From assembly GCA_041687695.1 (NCBI GenBank), contig JAWLBL010000006.1:64001-128000 (forward strand): a stretch of 64,000 nt of DNA, given 5' to 3'. Below are positions 20,648 to 30,527 of this stretch, piece by piece. Under the pieces are notes generated by a model. The model made no database searches. It was not told the origin of the DNA and saw only the letters and a list, made by a program, of their open reading frames with translations. The position numbers were made by a program, and so were the translations under genes. The first letter of the stretch is position 1. Each line of letters starts with the position of its first letter. This DNA is from Myxococcota bacterium (GTDB taxonomy: Bacteria > Myxococcota_A > UBA9042 > PHBI01 > JAWLBL01).

Positions 20648-21499
20648 GTGACGTCGACGTCTTCCGCACCCCCCCTCTCGCGCCCCATCGCGGCGCTCAC
20701 CATCGCCGGCAGCGACTCGGGCGGCGGCGCCGGCGTCCAGGCCGATCTCCGCACCTTCGCCGCCCACGGCCTGCTGGGCTGCACGGCCATCACCGCCATC
20801 ACCGCCCAGAACACCGTGGGCGTGCAGCGCGCCGACGCCCTGGACCCGTCGCTGGTCGTCGCCCAGATCGACTCGGTCCTCGCCGACCTGCCCGTGCGCG
20901 CCGCCAAGACCGGCATGCTGGCCAACGTCGCCATCGTGCAGGCGGTCGTGGCCGCCCTGGCGCGCCACCCGCGCCTGCCGGTCGTCGTCGACCCGGTCTG
21001 CGTGTCCAAGCACGGCCACCCGCTGCTCACCGACGACGCGCTCGTCGCCCTGCGGTCCGAGCTGCTGCCGCGCGCGACGGTCATCACGCCGAACCTGCCC
21101 GAGGCCGCGGCCCTGCTGGGCGTCGCCGCCATCGACGACCCGGCCGAGGCCGCCGACGCCCTGGCCGCGCTGGTCACCGGCGCCGGCCCGCCGCCCACCG
21201 TCGTGCTCAAGGGCGGCCACCGCGAGAACACGCCCGTCAGCTGCGATCTCGTGCGCCTGCCCGACGGCCGCCGCGTCTGGCTGGACGCTGCGCGCATCAC
21301 GACCCGCTGCGATCACGGCACCGGCTGCACCCTGTCGGCCGCCATCGCCGCCCACCTCGCGCTCGGCCATCCCATCGAGGAGGCCATCCGACGCTCCAAG
21401 CGCTACCTGACCGGCGCCCTCCGCCACGCGCGCCCCGTGGGCAAGGGCCACAGCCCGGTCGACCACCTCTGGCAGCTGCAGCGCGCCGACGACGAGTGA
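20648..21499 (+). CDS. thiD: Hydroxymethylpyrimidine/phosphomethylpyrimidine kinase
   Basis: LTIAGSDSGGGAGVQADL, AKTGML, VVDPV, ITPNLPEA, VLKGGH, HGTGCTLSAAI. Confidence 0.93.
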   Translation: MTSTSSAPPLSRPIAALTIAGSDSGGGAGVQADLRTFAAHGLLGCTAITAITAQNTVGVQRADALDPSLVVAQIDSVLADLPVRAAKTGMLANVAIVQAVVAALARHPRLPVVVDPVCVSKHGHPLLTDDALVALRSELLPRATVITPNLPEAAALLGVAAIDDPAEAADALAALVTGAGPPPTVVLKGGHRENTPVSCDLVRLPDGRRVWLDAARITTRCDHGTGCTLSAAIAAHLALGHPIEEAIRRSKRYLTGALRHARPVGKGHSPVDHLWQLQRADDE

Positions 21500-21514
21500 G
21501 CCCGCGCGGCGTCC

Positions 21515-22219
21515 TCAGCGGCCCCGCAGCTCGCGCAGCCGCATCTGCACGATCTCGCCCAGGACGTGCCGGATGCGGCGCAGGTTCGCGACCTTGCTGT
21601 GGCCGTGCAGGCGCGGCTGCGCCTCGATCTGCACGACGGCGTGGGGCGTCCGCAGCCGCAGCGCGCGGATGGGCAGCTCGAGGTTGACGAAGAAGCTGTC
21701 CGAGCGCAGCGGGCCGACCCGGTCGAGCAGCTCGCGCCGGAACATCATCGTGCCCGTGAAGTCGCCGCGCTGGCCGGTCATCAGCCGCACCGTCGTCTGG
21801 AACCCGCGCGACAGCACGGCGCGGCCCAGGCCGTCGTCGCGCTGCCGGTAGGTCGACAGGACCAGATCGCTGGTCGCCATGTGCGGGAAGAAGCGCAAGA
21901 AGACGCGCGGGTCGATCTGGCAGTCGGCCGGCAGCTGGGTCACCCAGCGGCACCGCGCCGCGGCGTAGCCGGAGCGGATGGCGGCGCCCATGCCTCGGTT
22001 GACGCCGTGGTGCAGCGCGGTGATGTGCTCGGGGTCCTGCGTCATGTACGCGTCGGCGATGACCCCGGTGCGGTCGGTCGACCCGTCGTCGACGATGACG
22101 ATCTGCCAGTCGGCCGTGTGCTCGCGCAGGAAGTCGCGCGTGCGCTCGACCTGGACGGGCAGGTTGTCCTCCTCGTCGAGCGCCATGATGACCACGGTGA
22201 GACTGATGGGTTCGGCCAC
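21515..22219 (-). CDS. Glycosyltransferase family 2 (DPM synthase-like)
   Basis: IVIVDDGSTD, NRGMGAAIRSG, PADCQ, R..G.SK. Confidence 0.85.
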   Translation of the reverse strand: MAEPISLTVVIMALDEEDNLPVQVERTRDFLREHTADWQIVIVDDGSTDRTGVIADAYMTQDPEHITALHHGVNRGMGAAIRSGYAAARCRWVTQLPADCQIDPRVFLRFFPHMATSDLVLSTYRQRDDGLGRAVLSRGFQTTVRLMTGQRGDFTGTMMFRRELLDRVGPLRSDSFFVNLELPIRALRLRTPHAVVQIEAQPRLHGHSKVANLRRIRHVLGEIVQMRLRELRGR

Positions 22220-22290
22220 CCGGCACCTCCGCCGCCACCATCGAGGCGGCGGAGGCGGGTGTCAAGGCTGGCGCAAGGCGCCGTCGTCAC

Positions 22291-23505
22291 TCAGGTTCCG
22301 CGCAAGATGGCGGCGACGCCCGAGTCCGCGGGCAGCCGCCCCGGCGGCACGACGACGACCTCGGCGCCGTGCAGGACCGCCTGCTCGGCCAGCTCGTCGA
22401 TGAGCTCCACCGAGTCCTGGGTCGGGCCGCTCCGGCCGTCGCCCAGCACCTCGAGCGTGCCCATCTCGGTGTCGTAGCGGCCCCAGTACTGGCGCCCGCG
22501 CTCCATGATGAGCATGCGGATCTGGTTGGCGACGAGCAGCTGCCCGATGCTGGCCAGGTCCGTCTCGAGCTTGCCGCGCCCGAAGCCCACCTCGAAGTGC
22601 TTCAGCGCGCGCTCGACGAGGGCGTCGCGCTGGCGCTTGGCGATGGGCCAGGCCTGCTCGTGCAGCTGCGCCGTGGACCACCGCTCGACGTTGGCGCGCA
22701 CGGCCTGGTCGGCCAGGTTCTCGATGGAGCAGACCTCGCGGAACAGCGGCTCGTTGATGTCCACCGTCGCCAGGATGAGCGGCCCACGCTCGTCGCGCAG
22801 CAGCTCCTGCACGCCGTCGGCGACCATCCGGAAGAACTTCTTGCGCTCGACCTTGTCGTCGTCGTCGCCATAGCCCTGGCCGTTGTAGATGACGCCCTTG
22901 CCGACCGCCCAGCTTCCGCGCCCCCCGTGCTCGGTGGACGACACGGCGCCCGTGCCGCGGAAGTCCAGCGCGTCCTGCGCGACGGCGTACCCCAGCGCCT
23001 CTTTGAGCGAGCGCGGGACGCCGGCGAGATCGATGGGCCAGCAGCCGCCCTGGTTGCCCTCGTACAGGCGCACCGCGCCCTGGCTCAGGGCCAGGACCCA
23101 GTAGCGCTCGGGCGACTGCAGGTACTCGATGAGCGGCCGCGTGTGGAAGTTGTCGTTGATGGCGACGCGGTCCTCGAACCGGACGGGCAGGCCGTAGACC
23201 CGGAAGAAGTCGGGGCCGCGGAAGATGCACAGCCCCTCGGTCGTGTGGGCGCGCCAGAACGCAACGTCGTCGACCAGCCGCGCGATGGGCTCGATGAGCG
23301 CGGCCGTGGTCCGCTTGTCGAGCTGCCCGGCGAGCTGACGCTCGGCCTGCTCGACGAGGCCCCGCAGGCGGAGCCGCTCCTCGGGCATGTGCTGCTGGTC
23401 CCGCTCCGTCCGCAGGTAGATGGAGATGGCCGGCCCGACGGCCTCCTGGCCGGAGACCCGCTCGTCGAGGAGCTCCCTCAAGTGTTCTTGTCCGAAGTAG
23501 TCCAT
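22291..23505 (-). CDS. Bacterial archaeo-eukaryotic release factor family protein (baeRF3-like)
   Basis: ATG at 23505 with AAGGAGG RBS; AISIYL, FHTRPL, YWVLALSQGAVRLYEG, PLILA, IDELAEQAVLHGAEV, GVAAILR. Confidence 0.75.
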   Translation of the reverse strand: MDYFGQEHLRELLDERVSGQEAVGPAISIYLRTERDQQHMPEERLRLRGLVEQAERQLAGQLDKRTTAALIEPIARLVDDVAFWRAHTTEGLCIFRGPDFFRVYGLPVRFEDRVAINDNFHTRPLIEYLQSPERYWVLALSQGAVRLYEGNQGGCWPIDLAGVPRSLKEALGYAVAQDALDFRGTGAVSSTEHGGRGSWAVGKGVIYNGQGYGDDDDKVERKKFFRMVADGVQELLRDERGPLILATVDINEPLFREVCSIENLADQAVRANVERWSTAQLHEQAWPIAKRQRDALVERALKHFEVGFGRGKLETDLASIGQLLVANQIRMLIMERGRQYWGRYDTEMGTLEVLGDGRSGPTQDSVELIDELAEQAVLHGAEVVVVPPGRLPADSGVAAILRGT

Positions 23506-23701
23506 GCGCTCGGCCTCCTTCACGAGTGGTCGGGTCAGCGAGGGTGCGCTTCGGCCGGTCCCTCCCGGCAGGAGACACCTTAGGAACGCGGGCGGCGAGG
23601 TCAGCCGGGGCGAGGTCTCGCGGCCCCGTGGGTGGCCAGGGTCACGGGCCGGCGGGGCGCGCCGATTGTGGCGGCCGCCCGGGGTCGGGTAGCATCGAGG
23701 C

Positions 23702-24811
23702 ATGCGAAGCCGATGGGTGGTCTTTGGGGGCCTCGTCGCGGGGCTCGGGCTGGTGGCGTGCGCGGCGCCCGACGGATGGGGTGGGCCCGGGACGCGGGTC
23801 GGCGGGCTCTGCGATCCCGTCGACGGCGGCGCGGCGGACGCTGGGAGCGACGCCAAGGTCAGCCAGGACGCGGGTGCCGACGTCACAGGGCCGCCCCCAG
23901 AGGTCTGGGTCGCGCCCCCGCTGCCGCCGTGCGACGCGGCCTGCGACCGGGTGGTGCGGTGCGCGGTGGACGGCTGCGAGGGGTTCTCGTGGGTGAACGC
24001 CGGGGCCCTGACCGAGCAGTGCCTGGACACCTGCGGCGCCGGCTTGTCGGCCGAGGTCGAGGCGGCCGCGGACTGCGGGGCGGTGCTGGACGCGGCGCGG
24101 ACGCGCATGTCGGGCTTCGAGGCGGCCTGCGAGCGCGACCCGTGCCTCGAGGCCTGCGAGCACTTCGCCGGCTGCATCACGCAGGAGTGCGAGGCCGTCG
24201 GGGCCGACTTCGCGGTGCAGATGAAGCTGGGCTGCCATCAGGGCTGCACGCCGGCGCAGGCCGAGCAGATCCTGGCCGTGACGTCCTGCGAGACCCTGGT
24301 CGGCTACGTAGAGGCCGACTCGCCGGACTTCGCGCAACAGTGCCACGGGCCGCCGCCCTCCGGGACCTGCGCGGGGCCGGAGCTGTGCGAACCCTACGCC
24401 GACAAGGTGGCCGCCTGCATGGTCGACCACTGCGGCGATCCGATGGCGCCGTGGGAGGACGGCCTGCGCGCGGCGCTGCGGTCGTACTGCCTCGAGGCCG
24501 CCGATTGCCCGCCTCCGGCCGCGGTCGCCTACGTCGTGAGCGAGGCGGTGACCTGCGACACGGCGCCGCTGGACGAGGTCGGCCCGGCGCCGCCCTTCAC
24601 GGCGATGTGCGAGGGGACGGTCGGGGCGACGGCGGCCGAGCTCGAGGCCGGCTGCGCCAAGATCCTGGCGTGCCCCGGGGGCGAAGGGCTGGGGAGCGCC
24701 GAGGCGTGCTCGGTGCTGCTGGCGATGCAGCCGGGGGCCGGGACGCGCGCGGCTTGCCTGCTCGAGGCCGAGGGCTGCCCGGCCGTCTACGCGTGCCTGG
24801 AGGGGCTGTGA
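23702..24811 (+). CDS. Cys-rich putative lipoprotein
   Basis: Lipobox LVAC; repeated C-x3-C-x5/6-C helical modules. Confidence 0.75.
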   Translation: MRSRWVVFGGLVAGLGLVACAAPDGWGGPGTRVGGLCDPVDGGAADAGSDAKVSQDAGADVTGPPPEVWVAPPLPPCDAACDRVVRCAVDGCEGFSWVNAGALTEQCLDTCGAGLSAEVEAAADCGAVLDAARTRMSGFEAACERDPCLEACEHFAGCITQECEAVGADFAVQMKLGCHQGCTPAQAEQILAVTSCETLVGYVEADSPDFAQQCHGPPPSGTCAGPELCEPYADKVAACMVDHCGDPMAPWEDGLRAALRSYCLEAADCPPPAAVAYVVSEAVTCDTAPLDEVGPAPPFTAMCEGTVGATAAELEAGCAKILACPGGEGLGSAEACSVLLAMQPGAGTRAACLLEAEGCPAVYACLEGL

Positions 24812-26229
24812 TGAGGGCGGCCACGTTGCTGCTGGCGGGGTTGGCGCTGGTCGCCTGCGGGTCGGACCCGGCCGGGACCGGGGCCATCGACGTCGTGCCG
24901 GAGCAGGGCCTCGACTGCCCGCCGTCTTCGGGCGCGCCGGTGGTGAGCCTGCCCGAGCCGCCGAAGTTCGGGCCGCCGCGGCCGCCGACGGCTGGGCCCG
25001 GCTATCTGTTCGACGACCTGGCCCCGGTGCGGCGCTTCGACCTGACGGTGGCCGAGGACGACTGGGCCTGGCTGCGTGACCATCCACTCGAGGAGAGCTG
25101 GGTCCCGGCGACGCTGGACCACGCGGGGCAGCGCTTCGAGGGGGCCTCGGTGCGCTTCAAGGGCAGCTACGGGTCTCTGGTCTCGTGCGTCGACGCCGAC
25201 ACCGGCGAGGTGACCTGCCGCAAGCTGTCGCTGAAGGTCAGCTTCAACGAGGCCGACCCCGACGGGCGCTTCCACGGCGTGCGCAAGCTGGTCTTCAACG
25301 CCTGCCAGCGCGACGACACGTGCCTGCGCGAGCGCCTGTCCTACGCGCTGTTCCGCCGGGCCGGCCTGCCCGCGAGCCGCGCCGTCCACGCGCTGGTCAG
25401 CGTCAACGGCGGCCCCGCCAGCCTGTACCTGCTGGTCGAGCACATCGACCGCGAGTGGCTCGAGGAGCGTTACGACGACCCCGACGGCAACCTCTACAAG
25501 GAGGCCTGGCCGCGCGCGACCGACCCGGCGGTCTACCAGGCGAAGCTCGTCACGAACGAGGCAGAGGGTGACGTCTCGCGCCTGGTGGCCTTCGCCAAGG
25601 CGCTGGCCGCGGCCCCGGAGGGCGCCCTCGGCGAGCACCTGTCGCTGTGGATCGACCCCTTCGCCATGGCCCGCTACTTTGTCGTGGACCAGATGACGAA
25701 CAACTGGGACGGCATCTGGAAGTTCTACTGCCAGGGCCCCTACTGCGGGAACCACAACTTCTACCTGTACGACGACCCCTCGTCCCGGCGCTTCGTGGTC
25801 ATCCCCTGGGACCTCGACCACACCTTCAACGTGCCCAACGAGGACATGGCGCGCTCGTGGCTCGACGACAGCCCCGCGGCCTGCCAGATCAAGCCCATCA
25901 ACCTGGGCGTGGGCGTCGGCGTGCAGGCGCCGCAGTGCGACAAGCTGCTGCGCGGGCTGATGCAGACGCAGTGGGAGCAGTACCGCGCGCAGGTCCACCA
26001 GCTGGTGGTCGCCCCGGGGGCGCCGCTGGGCCGCGACGCTCAGCTGGCGCTGCTCGATCGCTACCGCGCGACGATCCTGCCCCACGTCGAGGCCGACCCC
26101 CGCTCGCCGCCGCCGCTGGTGTGGCGCAAGGCGGTCGCCCAGCTGCGCGAGATCGTCGTCGAGCAGACCCGGCAGGCCGAGGCCTTCCTCGAGGACCCGA
26201 TCGCGCCGCCCGCCCCGGTCGCCCCGTGA
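24811..26229 (+). CDS. CotH kinase family lipoprotein
   Basis: C-terminal part of ORF 23632..26229: lipobox LVAC, VRFKGSY, KLSLKVSF, RERLSY, GNLYK, NWDG..HNFYLY, IPWDLD. TGATG coupling to the upstream gene. Confidence 0.85.
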   Translation: MRAATLLLAGLALVACGSDPAGTGAIDVVPEQGLDCPPSSGAPVVSLPEPPKFGPPRPPTAGPGYLFDDLAPVRRFDLTVAEDDWAWLRDHPLEESWVPATLDHAGQRFEGASVRFKGSYGSLVSCVDADTGEVTCRKLSLKVSFNEADPDGRFHGVRKLVFNACQRDDTCLRERLSYALFRRAGLPASRAVHALVSVNGGPASLYLLVEHIDREWLEERYDDPDGNLYKEAWPRATDPAVYQAKLVTNEAEGDVSRLVAFAKALAAAPEGALGEHLSLWIDPFAMARYFVVDQMTNNWDGIWKFYCQGPYCGNHNFYLYDDPSSRRFVVIPWDLDHTFNVPNEDMARSWLDDSPAACQIKPINLGVGVGVQAPQCDKLLRGLMQTQWEQYRAQVHQLVVAPGAPLGRDAQLALLDRYRATILPHVEADPRSPPPLVWRKAVAQLREIVVEQTRQAEAFLEDPIAPPAPVAP

Positions 26230-26828
26230 CCCGCTTCGAGCGGGCCATCGCGCGCCTCGACGCCGAGCACGCCCAGGACCCGCGCACCGAGGAGGTCCCG
26301 GGCGAGGGCCCCGTCCCCCAGGAGCTGGCCTACGCACGGCGCATGACCGCCTGGCTGGAACGCCTGGCCCCCGACGCGTCCGAGCCGCTGAGGCTGGCCG
26401 TGCGCGCCCAGCACCTGTGCCGCTGGCGCATCCCGCGCGACCGCTTCCCGATGGATCGCGTGGGCTACCTGAGCTGGCGCGCCGAGCTGTCGCGCCTGCA
26501 CGCGGAGCTGGCCGGCGAGCTGCTGGCCGAGGTCGGCTACCCGGCCGAGACCATCGCGCGTGTGCAGGCGCTGGTGCGCAAGCGGCACCTCAGGAGCGAC
26601 CCCGAGGCGCAGCTGCTGGAGGACGCGGCCTGCCTGGTCTTCATCGAGACGGGGCTGGCCGCCTTCGCCGAGGGGCGCGACGAGACACAGCTGCTGGGTG
26701 TTTTGCGCAAGACGTGGGCGAAGATGGGCGAGCGGGGCCGCGCCGAGGCGCTGGCCCTGCCGGTGCCCGAGCCGGTGCGTGCGCTGGTCACGCGGGCGCT
26801 CGCCGAGTCGGACGAGCCGCCCGCGTGA
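26226..26828 (+). CDS. DUF4202 family protein
   Basis: GTG overlapping the CotH stop; DPR...ELAYARRM...LAVRAQHLCRWRIPR...GYLSWR...LLEDAACLVF...KTWAKM. Confidence 0.8.
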   Translation: MTRFERAIARLDAEHAQDPRTEEVPGEGPVPQELAYARRMTAWLERLAPDASEPLRLAVRAQHLCRWRIPRDRFPMDRVGYLSWRAELSRLHAELAGELLAEVGYPAETIARVQALVRKRHLRSDPEAQLLEDAACLVFIETGLAAFAEGRDETQLLGVLRKTWAKMGERGRAEALALPVPEPVRALVTRALAESDEPPA

Positions 26829-26834
26829 GGTGCG

Positions 26835-27377
26835 TCAGGCCGCGGCCTTGACCGAGGCGTCGTCCGCGCCGGCGGCCGTCGCGCCGCGGGTGAAGACCTG
26901 CGCCAGGTCCCAGGCCGGCCCGGCCAGGAAGGACAGCGGGTCGTCGCTGAAGGCGGGCTTGTTCTTCTCGTAGACCGCGTGGCCGACGATGTTAAGGGCC
27001 CAGCCGCCCGCGAACAGGCCGGCGGACGCGAGCCACGGCGGCGTGTAGGAGGGCGAGGCCAGCAGGCCCACCGCGCCGCCCACGATCATCGGGATGCCCA
27101 CGATGTGCAGCTTGCGGTTGACGTCGTTCTTGTGCTGCGTCTCGTAGAAGTCGATGGCCGCCTTCCAGCGGTCCTTGAGGCCGCCCTGGAACTCGGGGTG
27201 GGCCTTTCGCCAGCGCTTCTCGATGCCGGCCGCGCCCGCGGCGAACATCGCGAGGCCCGCGAGCTTCTGGCCGGCCAGCAGGGCCGCCATGCCGCCGACA
27301 GCGAGGCCGACGCCGACCTTCTCGTTTTCGAGCAGCTTGGTGTTGTTCATGACGAGCCCGAGGAGCTTGTCGCGCAT
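26835..27377 (-). CDS. DUF962/Mpo1-like membrane protein
   Basis: YETQHKNDVNRKLHIVGIP...GWALNIVGH...EKNKPAF. Confidence 0.8.
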   Translation of the reverse strand: MRDKLLGLVMNNTKLLENEKVGVGLAVGGMAALLAGQKLAGLAMFAAGAAGIEKRWRKAHPEFQGGLKDRWKAAIDFYETQHKNDVNRKLHIVGIPMIVGGAVGLLASPSYTPPWLASAGLFAGGWALNIVGHAVYEKNKPAFSDDPLSFLAGPAWDLAQVFTRGATAAGADDASVKAAA

Positions 27378-27529
27378 GGTCTCTCCTTCAGTCGCACCGG
27401 TGGGAGCGCCCAGCATAGCCGCCGCGCGTCAGACGCCAAGGTCCAGTGGGGAGCGGGCGCGCAAGGCGCCGAGATCACGGCGCCTTGCAAGGAGCGGGCG
27501 TGCCGGCGCGCTGCGGCCGGGCCGATCGG

Positions 27530-27991
27530 TCAGAGCGAGAACTTCACCAGGCGCCAGTCGTTGCCGGCGGCGGGATCGCGCCGGAACTCGATGGGCGCGG
27601 GGTCGGTGAAGCGGTCGACCTTCTTGACGAAGCGCTTGGCGAAGATGCGCAGCTTGGCGTCGTCGGACTCGTCCTTCTTGAGGTAGGCGAACTCGCACTT
27701 GGCGTACAGCCGGGCGAAGTCCTTGCCCTTGCCGCTCGAGCCCCACCAGTAGCGCATCGCGTCGCTGGGGGCGTCCGAGTGCAGGATGGCCTTGAAGCCG
27801 GCCTCGTCGGTGGCGAGCAGGATGCCGCAGAGCTTGGCCGTCAGCGTCTTGGCCTGCGTCTCGCGGGCGTCCTCGGGGGCCGGGGCCGGTTCGGCGGGTC
27901 GCGCCGGCGCCGGCGCGGGCTCGTCGCCAGCGACGGCGGCGCCCGGGGCGAGCAGCAGCGCGAAGGCGAGGCCGGTCAACAGCTTTCTCAT
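27530..27991 (-). CDS. Hypothetical secreted protein
   Basis: MRKLLTGLAFALLLAPGAAVA signal peptide; GGAGG RBS. Confidence 0.7.
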   Translation of the reverse strand: MRKLLTGLAFALLLAPGAAVAGDEPAPAPARPAEPAPAPEDARETQAKTLTAKLCGILLATDEAGFKAILHSDAPSDAMRYWWGSSGKGKDFARLYAKCEFAYLKKDESDDAKLRIFAKRFVKKVDRFTDPAPIEFRRDPAAGNDWRLVKFSL

Positions 27992-28129
27992 GGGTTCCTC
28001 CGAGGTCGGCCCGCCAGGGGCGGCGCCGGTGCGTGGGTGGCGAAGGGGGTAGGACAAGAGGGAGCGCCGTCGGCGCGGGCCCTGCGACGCACGATGCGCG
28101 CCGGATATTCGCGCGAGTTGGGCGGTCGT

Positions 28130-28193
28130 GGGTCGTCGGGTCGTCGGGTCGTCGGGTCGTCGGGTCGTCGGGTCGTCGGGTCTTCGGGTCGTC
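28130..28193 (+). repeat. (GGGTCGTC)x8 microsatellite, followed by a G-rich tract to 28280
   Basis: Direct reading; one variant unit GGGTCTTC. Confidence 0.9.
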
Positions 28194-28564
28194 GTTAAGG
28201 CTAGCTTGGAGGGGGGAGGGCGTCTAGTGGGGTGGGGGCGGGGGGGAGAGGTTGGGGGTGGGGGGGAGAGGGATTGGGGGGAGGCGCGGTAGCCTCCGCT
28301 TCGGCCGGCATCAAGGGCTTTGTCCCCCTTGGCCGGCCTGACGGCCGGCCAATTCCTCGCGGACGACAAAGCCCTTGACCCCGGCCTACGCTGCGGCTGG
28401 GTGGCTGATATCGGCCCGGAAGGGGGCCTTCCGGGCCGCTTCGCGTCCCGGCGCGGGCACTGGGCGGCGGGTGCTGGGGGAGGTTGGTGGTCGGGAGTTC
28501 CGGGGGGCGGGGCGGTGCTTGGTCGCGTGGGGCTAGGGTGAGGGGAATTAAACGCTTGTGTGAT

Positions 28565-28839
28565 TAGTCGTCCCCGAGGCGGGAGGGCCGGGGTCGTTGG
28601 TCCGGGGCGGAAGCGCGCGGGTCGTCGTCCCGGGGCGGAAGGGCGCGGGTCGTCGTTCCGGGGCGGAAGCGCGCAGGTCATCGTCCCGGGGCGGAAGGGC
28701 GCGGGTCGTCGTCCCGGGGCGGCAAGCGCGCGGGTCGTCGTCCCGGGGCGGGAGCGCGCGGGTCGTCGTCCCGGGGCGGCAAGCGCGCGGGTCGTCGTCC
28801 CGGGGCGGGAGCGCGCGGGTCGCCGTCCCGGGGCGGAAG
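28565..28839 (-). repeat. Tandem array C: 10 units, ~28-29-bp period
   Basis: Same core and CGCGCGG/GGCGCGG linkers as array A. Confidence 0.9.
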
Positions 28840-29058
28840 TCGGGGACAAAAAACGACATCCGGTCGGGGCGAGGAGGCAAATAGTTGTTGACGGAATTTC
28901 AGGGGACGTTTCGGGGGACCCGCGGTCGGCTTGGAGGAGGGGCCGGGAGGCCTCTGGCAGGCTCTACAGCGCGCTGATCGGGGGTGAGGGTCGTCGCGAG
29001 TCGTTCGAGAGGCCTGAACGGCCGTCCAGGGGCTGCTCCGAGGGGATTGAGACCCCCG

Positions 29059-29067
29059 TGTTATGCT
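29059..29067 (+). promoter_or_regulatory. Candidate extended -10 promoter (TGnTATGCT) of the HNH gene
   Basis: TGTTATGCT ~30 bp upstream of ATG 29095; conserved as TGCTATGCT in copy 1 (minus strand, ~12647-12655). No -35 match seen. Confidence 0.4.
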
Positions 29068-29094
29068 GCAGGCCTCGATTGGGAGGGGTGCGGG

Positions 29095-30261
29095 ATGAGC
29101 AAGGGCTTGGAGTTGCTGGGGAAGTTGTCCGACGAGCGGCTGCTGGGGCGGGTAGGTGAGCTGGTCGATCTGGAGCGGCGGACGACGGCCAACCTGGTCG
29201 TCCATCTGGCCGAGGTCGAGGCCAGGGAGCTGCACCTTCGGGACGGCAGCCCGTCGCTGTTCGAGTGGTGCCGGACGCGGTGGGGCTTTGGTGAGGACAA
29301 GGCCTACAACTACGTGAAGGCCGTCGGGTGGGTGCGGCGGTGGCCCGAGATGGGCGCCATGTTGGCCGACGGGCGGCTGAGCCTGAGCGGGGTGCGGGTC
29401 ATCGGACCTCACCTGAGCGACGAGGACGCCGGCGAGCGGCTGGCCGAGGCGGCCGGGAAGAGCAAGCGCGAGCTGGCCGAGCTCGTAGCCAAGTGGTCGC
29501 CGCGGCCGGACGTGCCGGCGCGGGTGTTCCGGTTGCCGCCGTCCCGGGGCGGAGCGCGGGCCGAGGCGCCGAAGCAGGCGAAGGGCGACGCGCAGGGGAC
29601 GACGGAGCTGACCTTGGAGCGTCCGAAGCCGCAGCATCGGGTCGAGCCGCTGTCAGAGACTCGGTATCGGGTCCAGGTGACCGTGGGCGCGCGGGTGGCG
29701 GCGAAGCTCGAGGAGGCGATGGCGCTGGCCGGTCACCAGGTCGCGTCGGGGGACTACGAGACCTTGTTGGAGATGGCGCTGGACGTCTTCCTGGCCGCCA
29801 AGAAGAAGCAGCGGTTCGGTCTCGGTGCCAAGCGGCGAGTGAAGAAGGCCGTCGCCAAGGCGCCCGAGTCGGCCGAGAGCGTGGCCATGGCCGGCGAGTC
29901 GGTCGAGGCCGCGGCGAGCGAGGCGGCAGTGGAGGTGACCGACCGCAGCCGTGCCATCCCGGCCGAGGTGAAGCGGGCCGTGGTCGAGCGGGACGGGCTG
30001 CGGTGCACCTACGAGGGCCCGGGAGGGCGGTGCACCGAGACGCGCCGGCTGGAGCTGCACCACGAGGAGGCGTTTGCCAGGGGCGGCGAGCACTCGGTCG
30101 ACAACCTTCGGGTCGTCTGTCAGGCCCACAACCTGCTCATCGCCCGGCAGGAGCTGGGGGCCGGGTTCATGGCCCGCAAGGTCGGAGCGCGCCGTTCGAG
30201 GGCGCTTCCGCCCCGGGGCGGAAGGGTCGACGGTCAGTCCGGGCGAGCAGCTCGTGGGTGA
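29095..30261 (+). CDS. HNH endonuclease with N-terminal helical (DUF222-like) domain, copy 2, 388 aa
   Basis: Near-identical to copy 1 outside two linkers; HH...N...C..HN motif intact. Confidence 0.9.
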   Translation: MSKGLELLGKLSDERLLGRVGELVDLERRTTANLVVHLAEVEARELHLRDGSPSLFEWCRTRWGFGEDKAYNYVKAVGWVRRWPEMGAMLADGRLSLSGVRVIGPHLSDEDAGERLAEAAGKSKRELAELVAKWSPRPDVPARVFRLPPSRGGARAEAPKQAKGDAQGTTELTLERPKPQHRVEPLSETRYRVQVTVGARVAAKLEEAMALAGHQVASGDYETLLEMALDVFLAAKKKQRFGLGAKRRVKKAVAKAPESAESVAMAGESVEAAASEAAVEVTDRSRAIPAEVKRAVVERDGLRCTYEGPGGRCTETRRLELHHEEAFARGGEHSVDNLRVVCQAHNLLIARQELGAGFMARKVGARRSRALPPRGGRVDGQSGRAARG

Positions 30262-30527
30262 CCTCCGCCCCGGGACGACGACCCGCGCGCTTCCGCCCCG
30301 GGACGACGACCTGGGCTTCCGCCCCGGGACGACGACCTGGGCTTCCGCCCCGGGACCAACGACCCGCGCGCTTCCGCCCCGGGACGACGAGCAGCGCTTC
30401 CGCCCCGGGACGACGAACAGCGCTTCCGCCCCGGGACGACGACCTGGGCTTCCGTCCCGGGACGACGACCAGCGCGCTTCCGCCCCGGGACGACGACCGG
30501 CGCGCTTCCGCCCCGGGATTACTGATT
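30262..30527 (+). repeat. Tandem array D: 10 units, 26-29-bp period
   Basis: Starts directly after the HNH TGA; core TTCCGCCCCGGGACGACGAC. Confidence 0.9.
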
